The notes beneath the pieces are model-generated. The model ran no database searches and had not been told where the DNA came from. It saw only the letters and a list, made by a program, of their open reading frames with translations. A stretch of DNA of 62,157 nucleotides, counting the filler, from Nemertoderma westbladi (Eukaryota; Animalia; Xenacoelomorpha): NCBI GenBank assembly GCA_032718475.1. It is 4 parts of 4 records of this genome, joined end to end, with 100 filler letters (N's around TTAATTAATTAA, not from the genome) between each part and the next. Parts side by side here need not be neighbours in the genome. Positions count along the whole stretch, not along the records: positions 15,264 to 33,138 come from JAUCBJ010003709.1; positions 33,239 to 57,257 come from JAUCBJ010003273.1; 2 more parts are not named here. One strand, 5' to 3'. How positions within the stretch are numbered: position 1 is the stretch's first letter; each line of letters begins with the position of its first letter. Both the position numbers and the translations under genes were made by a program. This document shows, piece by piece, positions 25,701 to 40,925 of the stretch.

Positions 25701-27254
25701 TTCGTCGAGACAGTGAGCTCAACACGCTGTCCCCACAGCTATACAATGATGGGATTCTGGTGATGAACTCCAGAGTGCTGAACAACAATAGCCTAATCAT
25801 CCCACCAAAACCCATAATCATTCCCAACAAATCGCCGATAGTCCACCAGATCATTTGGGACTCCCATAAGTCGATATTACATGGCAGCACCAACCAGACT
25901 CTCACAGAGGTACGGAGGACTTTCTGGATCACACAGTTAAGAAGAAGGTGAAGGCGGTAGTGGGGCAGTGCCAGACCTGCCGACGGACGAAAAAGGAGAA
26001 GGCCGTACAGGAGATGGTGCCATTACCGGCCAATAGAGTGAGACAACACGACCTGCCATTCACTCACTGCGGCGTAGACATGTTTGGGACGATTAATATA
26101 AAGGTGATGCGACACATGGAGAAACGCTACGGCATCATCTTCGTATGCAACAACACGAGGGCGGTAGGAATAGAACTCGCCCAGGACGCTATGGCATTGG
26201 CATTTATTAATGCCTTAGAGAGATTCAGAGACCGCAAAGGAGGAACAATCGCGGTAATTTATTCAGACAATGGGAAAAACTTCGTGGGAGCAGAAAACGA
26301 GTTGGCTGAGGCCTTCGACATGCTAGAGGGAGACGATCTCAGGACGGCTATGAGAAGGCAGCAAGTGAAGTGGGAAAGGAGGACGCCGTATGCGCCACAT
26401 ACCTTAGGATGTGTAGAGAGACTTGTGGGTAGTTCTAAGCGTCTAATGACGAAGTTGATGAACACCCACATGGTCACAGAGGACATACTAAGAACGGTGC
26501 TAGCTAAGTGTGAGGGAATCATTAATAGCAGACCGCTATATCCGGAGAATGACGACCCAGAATCACTGGATGTACTAACACCAGGACACTTTCTGATGGA
26601 GAGGCTGGCGACCATCGACATGCGGGGTGTAGACCCAGATGACATACACTCCCGACAGAGTTGGAAAGTGGCCAAGGCGATAAGCGCTTAGTATTGGAAA
26701 AGGTGGGTGGAGGAATACCTCCCCACATTACACAGGAGGAGTAAGTGGTGAAACGCCACTAGGGAGTTGAAGAAAGGTGACTTGGTGATCGTCACTGACG
26801 ACACAATCATCAATAACCAGTGGAGGCTAGCGAGAGTGGTAGATACTTACCCCGACGAGGACGGAAGAGTCCGGTCGGTGGAAGTGAGGATAGGAGGCAA
26901 GATAGGAGCAAAGGACAGGAAGACCTACAGGAGGGCTGTAGGAAAGTGCTGCCTGTTGGAAGGGGCACCGTAGTTTAGTCGTCCAATGTGCTGGACTGAG
27001 GGGGGTGGGAATGAGGGCGAGACGCCCTTCCCACACAAAATATAAAAAATAAAATAATAATAAAAAAATTAAGAAGTGAGAAAGTAGAAAGTTAGAAAGT
27101 TAGAAAGTAATAGTAGTAGATAGTACGTAGCACTAAGTAGTAGTTAGAAAGTTAGCAGAAGTTAGTAAGAAGTAGTAGCTAGAAAGTTAGTAGAAGTTAG
27201 TAAGAAGTAACAAATCAGAAAGTTAGTTGAAGTTAGTAAGAGTAAGAGGAGAGT

Positions 27255-27545
27255 TAGAAGTTAGAGAACAGGGAGTGTGGTATAGAGACATACCACGGTA
27301 GTAGCAGGGTACACAGTACCGTAAGAGTTAGAGTTAGAAGTATAGGGAGTGTGGTATATAAACATACCACTGGAGTAGGAGGGTACATAGTACCGTTAGA
27401 GTTAGAAGAACAGGGAGTGTGGTATAGAGACATACCACGGTAGTAGCAGGGTACACAGTACCGTAAGAGTTAGAGTTAGAAGTATAGGGAGTGTGGTATA
27501 TAAACATACCACGGGAGTAGGAGGGTACACAGTACCATTAGAGTT
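27255..27545 (+). repeat. Four units of about 70 bp, each with two hairpins, in the BEL 3' untranslated region
   Basis: Repeated gtggtat-N6-ataccac and ggtac-N3-gtacc. Homologous units occur at about 61950-62030. Confidence 0.85.
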
Positions 27546-28029
27546 AGTAGAGTTAGTAGAGTTAGAAGAGTTAGTGGAGTTAGCGGAGTTAGTAGAGTTA
27601 ATAGAGTTAGTAGTAAAAGAGTAGAGAATATGGTATATAGATATATCATACCATAGTGGCAGTAATATACATAGTAAGGAGAAAGTATACATAGTAAGTA
27701 CATAGTAAGAAGCAAGTAGAAAGGTAGGTACGATAATAGCACAGAAAAAGGGAAAACGTAGATAAAACAAAATCTAAAATAAAGTTAGGGGATATTGGCA
27801 CGAAAGAAGGAAGGGAGAAAGGCCATTACAGAACAAAACTTGTAACATCGTGTTTAACGGCACTCACTCAAATTGAGCCTTTGTAAGGCCCCACCTATTG
27901 GGTGAGCACGGGGAAGTTCATGATGGCTGAGAGGTTAGTAAGGAAGAGAAAGGCGGAGAGAGACTGAAGCGGGTGAGACCGGGAGTGACGAGTCATATCA
28001 CCTCCGAGCGGGGGGGTTAAGGCGCGTCA

Positions 28030-28738
28030 TGTAGACGAGCATATTATATAATGTATAATTGTATAATAATTAATTGTTATATATACCTCGTATATATATA
28101 TATTATACAATATGTACCGTAGTCAAGTACAACCTTTTTCCAATTAGCTACTGGGACTGGGGACTAATTGACTAGAACGGCAGGATGAGACTTAGACGGA
28201 TCCCACTAAAATGGTGCACACATGTGTGGGACCCAATAAGTGTATGGAGAATGAAAACGAGAATGGGGAATCGGGGGAAATATAGAGAGGAGGTGTTGAC
28301 GTGCGTGGAAACTAGAGGAGTGCAATTCAAATGTATGGAGCGAGTTGTAAGATAGAGAGTAAGGGGCGATAGGGTCCACAAGAGTTAGAGTGGAGTGAGG
28401 ATAGAGTGAGTTCTGAGCGAAGTGGTATAAAATTGTGTGAAAGGAGTCCGCAATTGTCTCGAACAGAGACGTCAGATATAATTATATTTATTGACCTATT
28501 GATATATATTTATCTAATAATTATTGACCGTCATCGGCACTATCATACCAGTAACCAGTTTATCTGTATTTCTGCTGTTATTCAGTGTGTTATCATCGGA
28601 CATTTTTATAACATCGAGAGACAACAGTAACTCTATTGTTTTTACCCAACGGCCTCGGCCAAAGCTGTTAGCACCATCCCCAAGCAGAACGGTGATGCGT
28701 ACTACAATTATCCGGTTGGGATCCCTGATCCCGTCACA
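28030..28738 (+). repeat. 3' LTR of the BEL/Pao element (start approximate)
   Basis: Ends ...gatccctgatcccgtcaca like the 5' LTR. A G-run (about 28010-28016) precedes tgtagacg. The 5' portion does not resemble the 5' LTR. Confidence 0.6.
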
Positions 28739-31700
28739 GTTGTTGCACGTTGTTGTACTTTATTATTGCTCATTGTTGCTCATTGTTGCTCGTTGTTGCT
28801 CATTGTTGCTCATTGTTGCTCATTGTTGCTCATTGTTGCTCATTGTTACTCATTGTTGCTCATTGTTCTACTTTATTATTGCTAGATGTTCCTCATTGTT
28901 GCTCATTGTTGATTGTTGTTGCTCATTGTTGCTTATTGTTGCTCATTGTTACTTATTGTTGCTCGTTGATGCTCATTGTATCCCATTGTTGTACTTTACT
29001 ATTGCTCGTTGTTGCTCATTGTTGCTCGTTATTGCTCATTGTTGTTCGTTGTTGCTTATTGTTGTTCGTTGTTGCTCATTGTTGTTCGTTGTTGCTCATT
29101 GTTGTACTTTATTATTGCTCGTTGTTGCTCATTGTTGCTCGTTATTGCTCATTGTTGCTCTTTGTCGCTCATTGTTGCTCGTTGTTGCTCATTGTTGTTC
29201 GTTGTTGCTCACTGTTGCTTTTTTTGCTCGTTGTTGAACATTGTTGTTCGTTGTTGCTCATTGTTGCTCCTTGTTGTACTTTATTATTGCTAGTTGTTGC
29301 TCATTGTTGCTCGTTATTGCTCTTTGTTGCTCATTGTTGCTCGTTGTTGCTCATTGTTGTTCGTAGTTGCTCATTATTGTTCGTTGTTGCTCATTGTTGT
29401 TCGTTGTTGCTCGTTGTTGTACTTTATTATTGCTCGTTGTTGCTCATTGTTGCTCGTTATTGCTCATTGTTGCTCTTTGTCGCTCATTGTTGCTCGTTGT
29501 TGCTCATTGTTGTTCGTTGTTGCTCATTGTTGCTTTTTGTTGCTCGTTGTTGCTCATTGTTGTTCGTTGTTGCTCATTGTTGCTCATTGTTGCTCCTTGT
29601 TGTACTTTATTATTGCTAGTTGTTGCTCATTGTTGCTCGTTATTGCTCTTTGTCGCTCATTGTTGCTCGTTGTTGCTCATTGTTGTTCGTTGTTGCTCAT
29701 TGTTGCTTTTTGTTGCTCGTTGTTGCTCGTTGCTGTTCGTTGTTGCTCATTGTTGTTCTTTGTTGCACATTGTTGCTCGTTGTTGCTCGTTGTTGCTCAT
29801 TGTTGCTCATTGTTGCTCCTTGTTGTACTTTATTATTGCTCGTTGCTGCTCATTGTTGCTTGTTATTGCTCATTGTTGCTCTTTGTTGCTCATTGTTGCT
29901 CGTTGTTGCTCATTGTTGTTCGGTGTTGCTCATTGTTGCTCGGTGTTGCTCATTGATGCTCGTTGTTGCTCGTTGTTGCTCATTGTTGTTCTTTGTTGTT
30001 CGCTGTTGATCATTGTTGCTCGTTGTTGTACTTTATTATTGCTCGTTGTTGTACTTTATTATTGCTCATTGTTGCTCATTTTTGCTCGTTGTTGCTCGTT
30101 GTTGTTCATTGTTGTTCGTTGTTGCTCATTGTTGCTTTTTGTTGCTCGTTGTTGCTCATTGTTGTTCGTTGTTGCTCATTGTTGCTCCTTGTTGTACTTT
30201 ATTATTGCTAGTTGTTGCTCATTGTTGCTCGTTATTGCTCTTTGTTGCTCATTGTTGCTCGTTGTTGCTCATTGTTGTTCGTTGTTGCTCATTATTGTTC
30301 GTTGTTGCTCTTTGTTGCTCATTGTTACTCGTTGCTGTTCGTTGTTGCTCATTGTTGCTCTTTGTTGCTCATTGTTGCTCGTTGTTGCTCATTGTTGTTC
30401 GTTGTTGCTCATTGTTGCTCGTTGTTGTACTTTATTATTGCTCGTTGTTGTACTTTATTATTGCTCATTGTTGCTCATTTTTCCTCGTTGTTGCTCGTTG
30501 TTGTTCATTGTTCTTCGTTGTTGTTCGTTGTTGCTCGTAGTTCTACTTTATTATTGCTTGTTGTTGCTCATTATTGATCGTTGGTGGTCGTTGTTGCTCA
30601 TTGTTGCTCGTTGTTGCTCGTTGTTGCTCATTGTTGCTCGGTGTTGCTCATTGATGCTCGTTGTTGCTCGTTGTTGCTCATTGTTCCTCTTTGTTGCTCA
30701 TTGTTGCTCGTTGTTGCTCATTGTTGTTCGTTGTTGCTCATTGTTGCTCGTTGTTGTACTTTATTATTGCTCGTTGTTGTACTTTATTATTGCTCATTGT
30801 TGCTCATTTTTGCTCGTTGTTGCTCGTTGTTGTTCATTGTTGTTCGTTGTTTTCTCGTTGTTCTACTTTATTATTGCTCGTTGTTGCTCATTGTTGCTCG
30901 TTGTTGCTCATTGTTGCTCGTTGTTGCTCGTTGTTGTACTTTATTATTGCTCGTTGTTGTACTTTATTATTGCTCATTGTTGCTCATTTTTGCTCGTTGT
31001 TGCTCGTTGTTGTTCATTGTTGTTCGTTGTTGCTCATTGTTGCTTTTTGTTGCTCGTTGTTGCTAATTGTTGTTCGTTGTTGCTCATTGTTGCTCCTTGT
31101 TATACTTTATTATTGCTAGTTGTTGCTCATTGTTGCTCGTTATTGCTCATTGTTGCTCGTTGTTGCTCATTGTTGTTCGTTTTTGCTCATTATTGTTCGT
31201 TGTTGCTCTTTGTTGCTCATTGTTGCTCGTTGCTGTTCGTTGTTGCTCATTGTTGCTCTTTGTTGCTCATTGTTGCTCGTTGTTGCTCGTTGTTGCTCAT
31301 TGTTGCTCATTGTTGCTCCTTGTTGTACTTTATTATTGCTCGTTGCTGCTCATTGTTGCTTGTTATTGCTCATTGTTGCTCTTTGATGCTCATTGTTGCT
31401 CGTTGTTGCTTTTTGTTGTTCGGTGTTGTTCATTGTTGCTCGGTGTTGCTCATTGATGCTCGTTGTTGCTCGTTGTTGCTCATTGTTGCTCTTTGTTGCT
31501 CATTGTTGCTCGTTGTTGCTCATTGTTGTTCGTTGTTGCTCATTGTTGCTCGTTGTTGTACTTTATTATTGCTCGTTGTTGTACTTTATTATTGCTCATT
31601 GTTGCTCATTTTTGCTCGTTGTTGCTCGTTGTTGTTCATTGTTCTTCGTTGTTGTTCGTTGTTGCTCGTTGTTGCTCATTGTTGTTCGTTGTTGCTCATT

Positions 31701-32337
31701 GTTGCTCGTTGTTGTACTTTATTATTGCTCGTTGTTGTACTTTATTATTGCTCATTGTTGCTCATTTTTGCTTGTTGTTGCTCGTTGTTGTTCATTGTTG
31801 TTCGTTGTTGTTCGTTGTTGCTCGTTGTTCTACTTTATTATTGCTCGTTGTTGCTCATTGTTGCTCGTTGTTGCTCATTGTTGCTCGGTGTTGCTCATTG
31901 ATGCTCGTTGTTGCTCATTGTTGCTCTTTGTTGCTCATTGTTGCTCGTTGTTGCTCATTGTTGTTCGTTGTTGCTCATTGTTGCTCGTTGTTGTACTTTA
32001 TTATTGCTCGTTGTTGTACTTTATTATTGCTCATTGTTGCTCATTTTTGCTTGTTGTTGCTCGTTGTTGTTCATTGTTGTTCGTTGTTGTTCGTTGTTGC
32101 TCGTTGTTCTACTTTATTATTGCTCGTTGTTGCTCATTGTTGCTCGTTGTTGCTCGTTGTTGCTCATTGTTGCTCGTTGTTGCTCGTTGTTGCTCATTGT
32201 TGCTCGTTGTAGCTCATTGTTGCTCGTTGTTGCTCATTGTTGCTCGTTGTTGCTCATTGTTGCTCCTTGTTGCTCATTGTTTCACATTGTTGCTCGTTGT
32301 TGGTCATTGTTGCTCGTTGTGCATTTTAGCACCTACC
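28739..32337. repeat. 10-bp satellite (TTGTTGCTC[A/G]) with interspersed ttgttgtactttatta units, ending in a TIR-like terminus
   Basis: Tandem degenerate 10-mers. A remnant also lies at 22015-22094 on the other side of the BEL insertion. The array ends ...gcattttagcacctacc. Confidence 0.95.
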
Positions 32338-33138
32338 TTCTTTAACATGGAATCTATAATTAAATTGTTACTACTGTATGTCTAGGAAAGAATCACTCCA
32401 ATGCTGACGAATGTGTTATTGCTTTATATCAAGCAGTATACCGGTACTGCGGTACTCAGACATCAGATCCACTGAACTCACTTAGCATCTGATTAATTAT
32501 ACTGCAGGTGCATAAGATGCAGCCAGCCATAACTTTTATAAAATTACAATAGCTCAAGATTACACTACACAGTAGGCCTCCTAATATGCAGTAACTATAC
32601 TGTACATGTATAGGTTTGTACAGAAGTTACAGCAAATATGTGTGAGTTAGAGTGAGTTTAATTTAAGTAACGGTATACTGATCCATTATACAGTATTACT
32701 GTAGGCTCCTCTACCCATGGTACCGGTAATGGAAGAGGCTCGAAATTAGAGATTCGAGTTGTGTGTGTGTCATTAAGTCACGGGTGTGCACTGCTGGGAG
32801 CAAATACAACCGAGAGCTTGACAATCGACTCTCATCAGTCCCTATATGTTTGAGAACTTAATTTCACGGCACTACTTGATTTCCTTTCATCCTGAATCTA
32901 ATTAAATTAAGTATCTCAAGTGGAGTCTCCTTAAATAGGAAATCAAATCAACAATCGATTTAGGATTAATGTAAAACCATGCATAAGATAACATTCGCAT
33001 AGATTATTGGGAGAAGTTGTGTGAATTAGAAAAACATCATATTATTGTGCTGCAAGTTGTTATTTGATTGTTATTGATTACTCCCTAAAATTATAAGAGA
33101 AAAAATTTATTATTATTATTATAAAAAAAAGTATAACT

Positions 33139-33238
33139 NNNNNNNNNNNNNNNNNNNNNNNNNNNNNNNNNNNNNNNNNNNNTTAATTAATTAANNNNNN
33201 NNNNNNNNNNNNNNNNNNNNNNNNNNNNNNNNNNNNNN
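33139..33238. other. Artificial contig-joining linker
   Basis: N44-TTAATTAATTAA-N44. Confidence 0.97.
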
Positions 33239-33286
33239 ACAAGTAAATGTTTTCTGATACATAACGTCTAAAACTGTTGCGGGTCC

Positions 33287-37239
<3,953 letters not shown>

Positions 37240-37554
37240 TGAACCTAGTTTGGTTTTGCTTGATTTTTAGGTTTACAATCTTATTTCAGCATTAAAAAGC
37301 GTTTGCTGTATCGGTACTGCAGTATCAATATCCAATATCAACCAATATAAACCAGTAAGATGTATTACTATTATGTATTGCTCTTATTATTTGTGTTCTT
37401 TATCCGGTTTCTTTATTTAGCAGCTTAAATTTTTAAATATATCGCCCCTAAATAAATAATCTGTGGAGTTACAAGTTATTATATGCCTGAGGGTTAGCTA
37501 TGCGTAAATTAACTCTTAAAATTTAGTCACCCTCTCTTACTCTATATTCTAATT

Positions 37555-37740
37555 ATTATTGATGGTTTATTATTTTTTATGATATTTTATTATTATATTA
37601 TTTTATTATTATATTATTTTATTATTTTATTATTATATTACATTATTTTATTATTATTTTATAATATTTTATTATTATATTATATCATTTTATTATTATA
37701 AATTGTTATTATTATTTTATATATATTTTATTACTTATTA
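37555..37740. repeat. AT-rich (TTA/TAT)n low-complexity tract
   Basis: Degenerate tattattatattattttt repeats upstream of the CRE ORF. Confidence 0.85.
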
Positions 37741-38056
37741 TCGAAAAAAAGCGAATTAATATTCTAGAATATAGTAAAAAAAACATTGAAAAAAACATTG
37801 AAGTGTTGATGCATCTCATAAAATGTATGCCTTTGATGTATTTTGTCTGTAAGATTTTTTACCATTAATACTATAAGTGTAGGGCCTACTGTAGCAGTTA
37901 CCGGTAATTAACTGCTACAGTATATCAGTAGACTTTTTAATTGCGTTTTATAGCGAATTAAACAAATTCGACCTGGAGGCCTAAGAAAGTGTGTGAGAAT
38001 ATCACCATACACACGTACAATTTAATAAAAATGCCACATGCTTTATAATATGTATT

Positions 38057-38198
38057 GGTAATGTACTGTAGGCCAGGTGAGATAAATAATGACAACATAA
38101 AACTACTGTAATAACTTTGGGAAATGATTACTACTGTACAGGGGCTAAAACGTTTTATGTTGTCATTATTTATCTCACCTAGCCTACAGTACATTACC
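38057..38198. repeat. Inverted repeat, 47-bp arms (1 mismatch), 48-nt spacer; possible tiny MITE
   Basis: ggtaatgtactgtaggccaggtgagataaataatgacaacataaaac ... gttttatgttgtcattatttatctcacctagcctacagtacattacc. Confidence 0.85.
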
Positions 38199-38455
38199 TT
38201 TACATTATTATGTACAGTATATCAAGCATGTTGGTAAAGGGAACAGGTTTACATACCAAAATAATGGGGAACCAAAATAATAAACGGGAGTTAAGAATTA
38301 CTGGGCAACCCATTAAATAAATATATGGTAAAAGTACATGGGACTGGATGACTGGTAACAAAGGGGGAGAGCTACTAACTAAATAACACTATGTTCGATT
38401 ATTTGCCGAATTGTGATTGGCCGGCCAGTATTACAGTACAGTATGTACTGTACTG

Positions 38456-39084
38456 TAATTGAGAGTGCTTTGCACGCGTAACGCATGCGTCACGAATGGA
38501 CCACGAATAATTTTAAGCGTGGTTAATGTTGTTGCTCGGCGGTCTAATATAATAGTGATAGCACAGTTAATATGATGTTAATATGATAGTGGATGACAAT
38601 ATTGTTTGGTACCGGTAATAGTAAACTGAATACAGCCAATGTTGTTGACGGCGACGGTGACGGTAAAACAATATTACCCGTCTGCACTGAAACTGGGTAA
38701 CTAACTAAACTGAATTACAAACCGGTAGCAGGAGATAATAAATGATTGATATACCAATATTACTTCACTCCTAGGCTACCTTGGCCTGCTACCTAGTGGA
38801 TGCTCTCCTTTCCCCTTATTGGCTAATAACCTACTTCTCACCCTTTCACTCTCTGGGAGTGTTTCCCCTCTGTTGCTAGCCTCTGCTAGCTGTGTCCCCT
38901 CCGAGGTGGTTTGACCTCTAACCTTCCGTTGTGTGTGGCTTCGGGGCTTGTGTTGCCCCCCCCCCCCCAAATGTTGGTTGTGATACGAGATTAATATTGC
39001 TAATCTCGTATCTCCAACATATTGCTGAAAATGCCACCATCCCATTTTCTGGTGGCTAATGAGGCGGAATTGAATCCGCTTACA
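38456..39084 (-). mobile_element. Solo LTR related to the BEL 5' LTR
   Basis: The reverse complement starts TGTAAGCGG and aligns with about 22095-22450 (hairpin, G-run, caacacaagccccgaagccac, aaacactcccagagagtg). TACTG flanks both sides (38451-38455 and 39085-39089) as a candidate 5-bp TSD. Confidence 0.8.
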
Positions 39085-39313
39085 TACTGCTTTAGGCAAC
39101 TTTGTGTACTGGCTGAGTATGTACCGTACCAGAACGCAGGACCGCTATATAAATCAGAATATACAGTACAGCAGTCTGGCAGTAGTTTTAAATTGGCATA
39201 TTACAGTAGGCCTACCTGCCACGGCCTGACGGCCGGGTCCGACAAATCTGTGCAAAAAAGTACAAACAAATACGAAATAGTACAATATACAGATATAGTG
39301 TGATACGACTGAT

Positions 39314-39994
39314 CGGTCCTACGAATTACCCAAAAAAACACAAAATTACCCAAAAATATACAAAAAAACACAAAAAAATACAAAAAAACACAAAAAATTT
39401 ACCCGAAAAAACACAATACTGCAATATTACCCAAAAAACGTACCCAAAAAGACAAAAATAATTTATATCCTATAGGCCTAGGTAGCAGCTAGCAGGGTAG
39501 GCTGGTAGGGTTGGAAAAATAAGACTGTAACCTGTGTTCTTTGGCTATCGTTTATTGTTTTGGTTAGAAAAGCCTGCTACTGTAACCTGCTCCTTTCCAT
39601 TAATTAAGAAATCTGATTTTGTATGCTGTCTGGTAGTATGGGTGGGTAGGCTTACCGGTAAACCGGTGCCAGTAGGTCATTAAAGGAATCTTCAAATGAC
39701 AGAATGAACAAAATGTAATATTTTGAAAAAAGTGAAAATTGCAAACTGAAAAGTGAAACTCTTCTTACAATTAACCTAAATCTTATTGTAGATACATTGT
39801 TTATGAAAAACATTTTTATTTGTCTTTTTGGGTAGTTTTTTTTGGGTAGGCCTAATATTGTGTTTTTTTGTGTATTTTTGTGTAAATTTTTGTGTAAATT
39901 TTTGTATTTTTTTTGTGTTTCTTTGTGTATTTTTGTGTTTTTTTTGGGTAATATTGTGTTTTTTTGGGTACCCCTACCGTAATTCGTAGGACCC
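39314..39994. mobile_element. Non-autonomous Mutator/foldback-type element with 9-bp TSD
   Basis: Termini (C)GGTCCTACGAATTAC ... GTAATTCGTAGGACCC, with mirrored A-rich/T-rich subterminal tandem repeats. Perfect TSD ACGACTGAT at 39305-39313 and 39995-40003. Confidence 0.88.
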
Positions 39995-40094
39995 ACGACT
40001 GATAGTACAAAAGAGTGCAAAAATAGGGCAAAAGAGTACAAACGAGTGAGAAACGATTACAAAACGTGTACCAGTATACAAGTGTAATTCAAAT

Positions 40095-40335
40095 CGTGTA
40101 GAGGGGCGCGGGCGCGGCGCACATGATCTGCAAAATAGGCCTAAAACAAAGCATTGTGGGGCGCCAGACTGGAATCCACACACTTTGCGCCGGATTAATC
40201 CAGCACGCTTGGCAATAAAAGCGCGCCCATGTGGCGCGTGGCGCGCTCGAAAATCGTAAAGCGCGCCGGCTTTGGCGCTCCCAAAAATAACAACCGGTGG
40301 CGATTTGTTAGTTTAACAATTACGGAAGTGCCTTA
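40095..40335 (+). promoter_or_regulatory. CpG/GCGC-rich patch upstream of CCDC6, possible promoter
   Basis: Cluster of GGCGC/GCGCG motifs including TTTGGCGC (E2F-like) and CGGAAGTG (ETS-like) in an AT-rich background, about 600-800 bp upstream of the ATG. Confidence 0.3.
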
Positions 40336-40925
40336 AAAATTGCATTAGCTGTTTAAAAATTTCGGCTAGCTAAACCTATCTAAAACACTAGCTACCATAA
40401 AATTTAGTATCTTGCTTAACGAAGAGACTTCAATTAGGTACGTCCATTGATCAAATTGCAGAAAATGAAAATTTATAGATCCCCATATCAAAATTATCAA
40501 AATAGTGTAAAAAAAACTGCCTCTTTTTTTAATGCCAAATCGATAACATGTTTGGCCGTATATATAGATGATAGAAGGCCATGGTCTGATGGTAGGCCTC
40601 TTACAGTAGCCCTATTAGCTTATTGAACTATATACAAATACTGAAATATAAGGAGGGGTTTCTGAATTAAAGTTAGTCAGTTTATGATGTACCTGGTACC
40701 GGTAGGTAGGTCCTAGATATATGATAAAATGTTGCAAATATAATATGTCTGTATGTAGGCCTATGTCAGTATGTAGTTTATTATTGATGTTGTTCAGCAT
40801 ATTCATACAGATATAATATAAGGAAATAACGGTAGACTATCGGATATAAGGAAATAGCCGTAGACTATCGATCGATCGGGTATCTACATGTAATTAATAA
40901 GTTGTTGGTTGGATAACTTGTCGTC

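Larger units (their letters stand above)
22095..28738 (+). mobile_element. BEL/Pao LTR retrotransposon, degenerate, gag largely deleted
   Basis: TG at 22095 and CA at 28738. Partial protease region 23101-23544. RT 23664-24608 (KLRMVVDASA, SLND.LL.GP, DIEGMFNQV, FYVDD after a premature stop). Pao RNase H (YDPLGL, LHMFSDAS..AYG, PKLEL, WTDS, FVANRV). Integrase (HHCC, GVDMFG, SDNGKNFVGA, ERLVG, GDLV...WRLARV). Flanks gttat/gttgt are a possible 5-bp TSD. Confidence 0.93.

Noticed and set aside
28524-32385. Long Leu/Val/Cys-rich ORFs
   Set aside because: Translations of the 10-bp satellite.
32800-32840. Second hammerhead candidate (CTGATGA on the minus strand)
   Set aside because: No GAAA after the potential stem II.
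37240-37270. Possible remnant of upstream H3 sequence (caaaaccaaactaggttc, loosely like FKTDLRF codons) just before the CRE ATG
   Set aside because: Too short and gapped to distinguish from chance; no further H3 similarity upstream.
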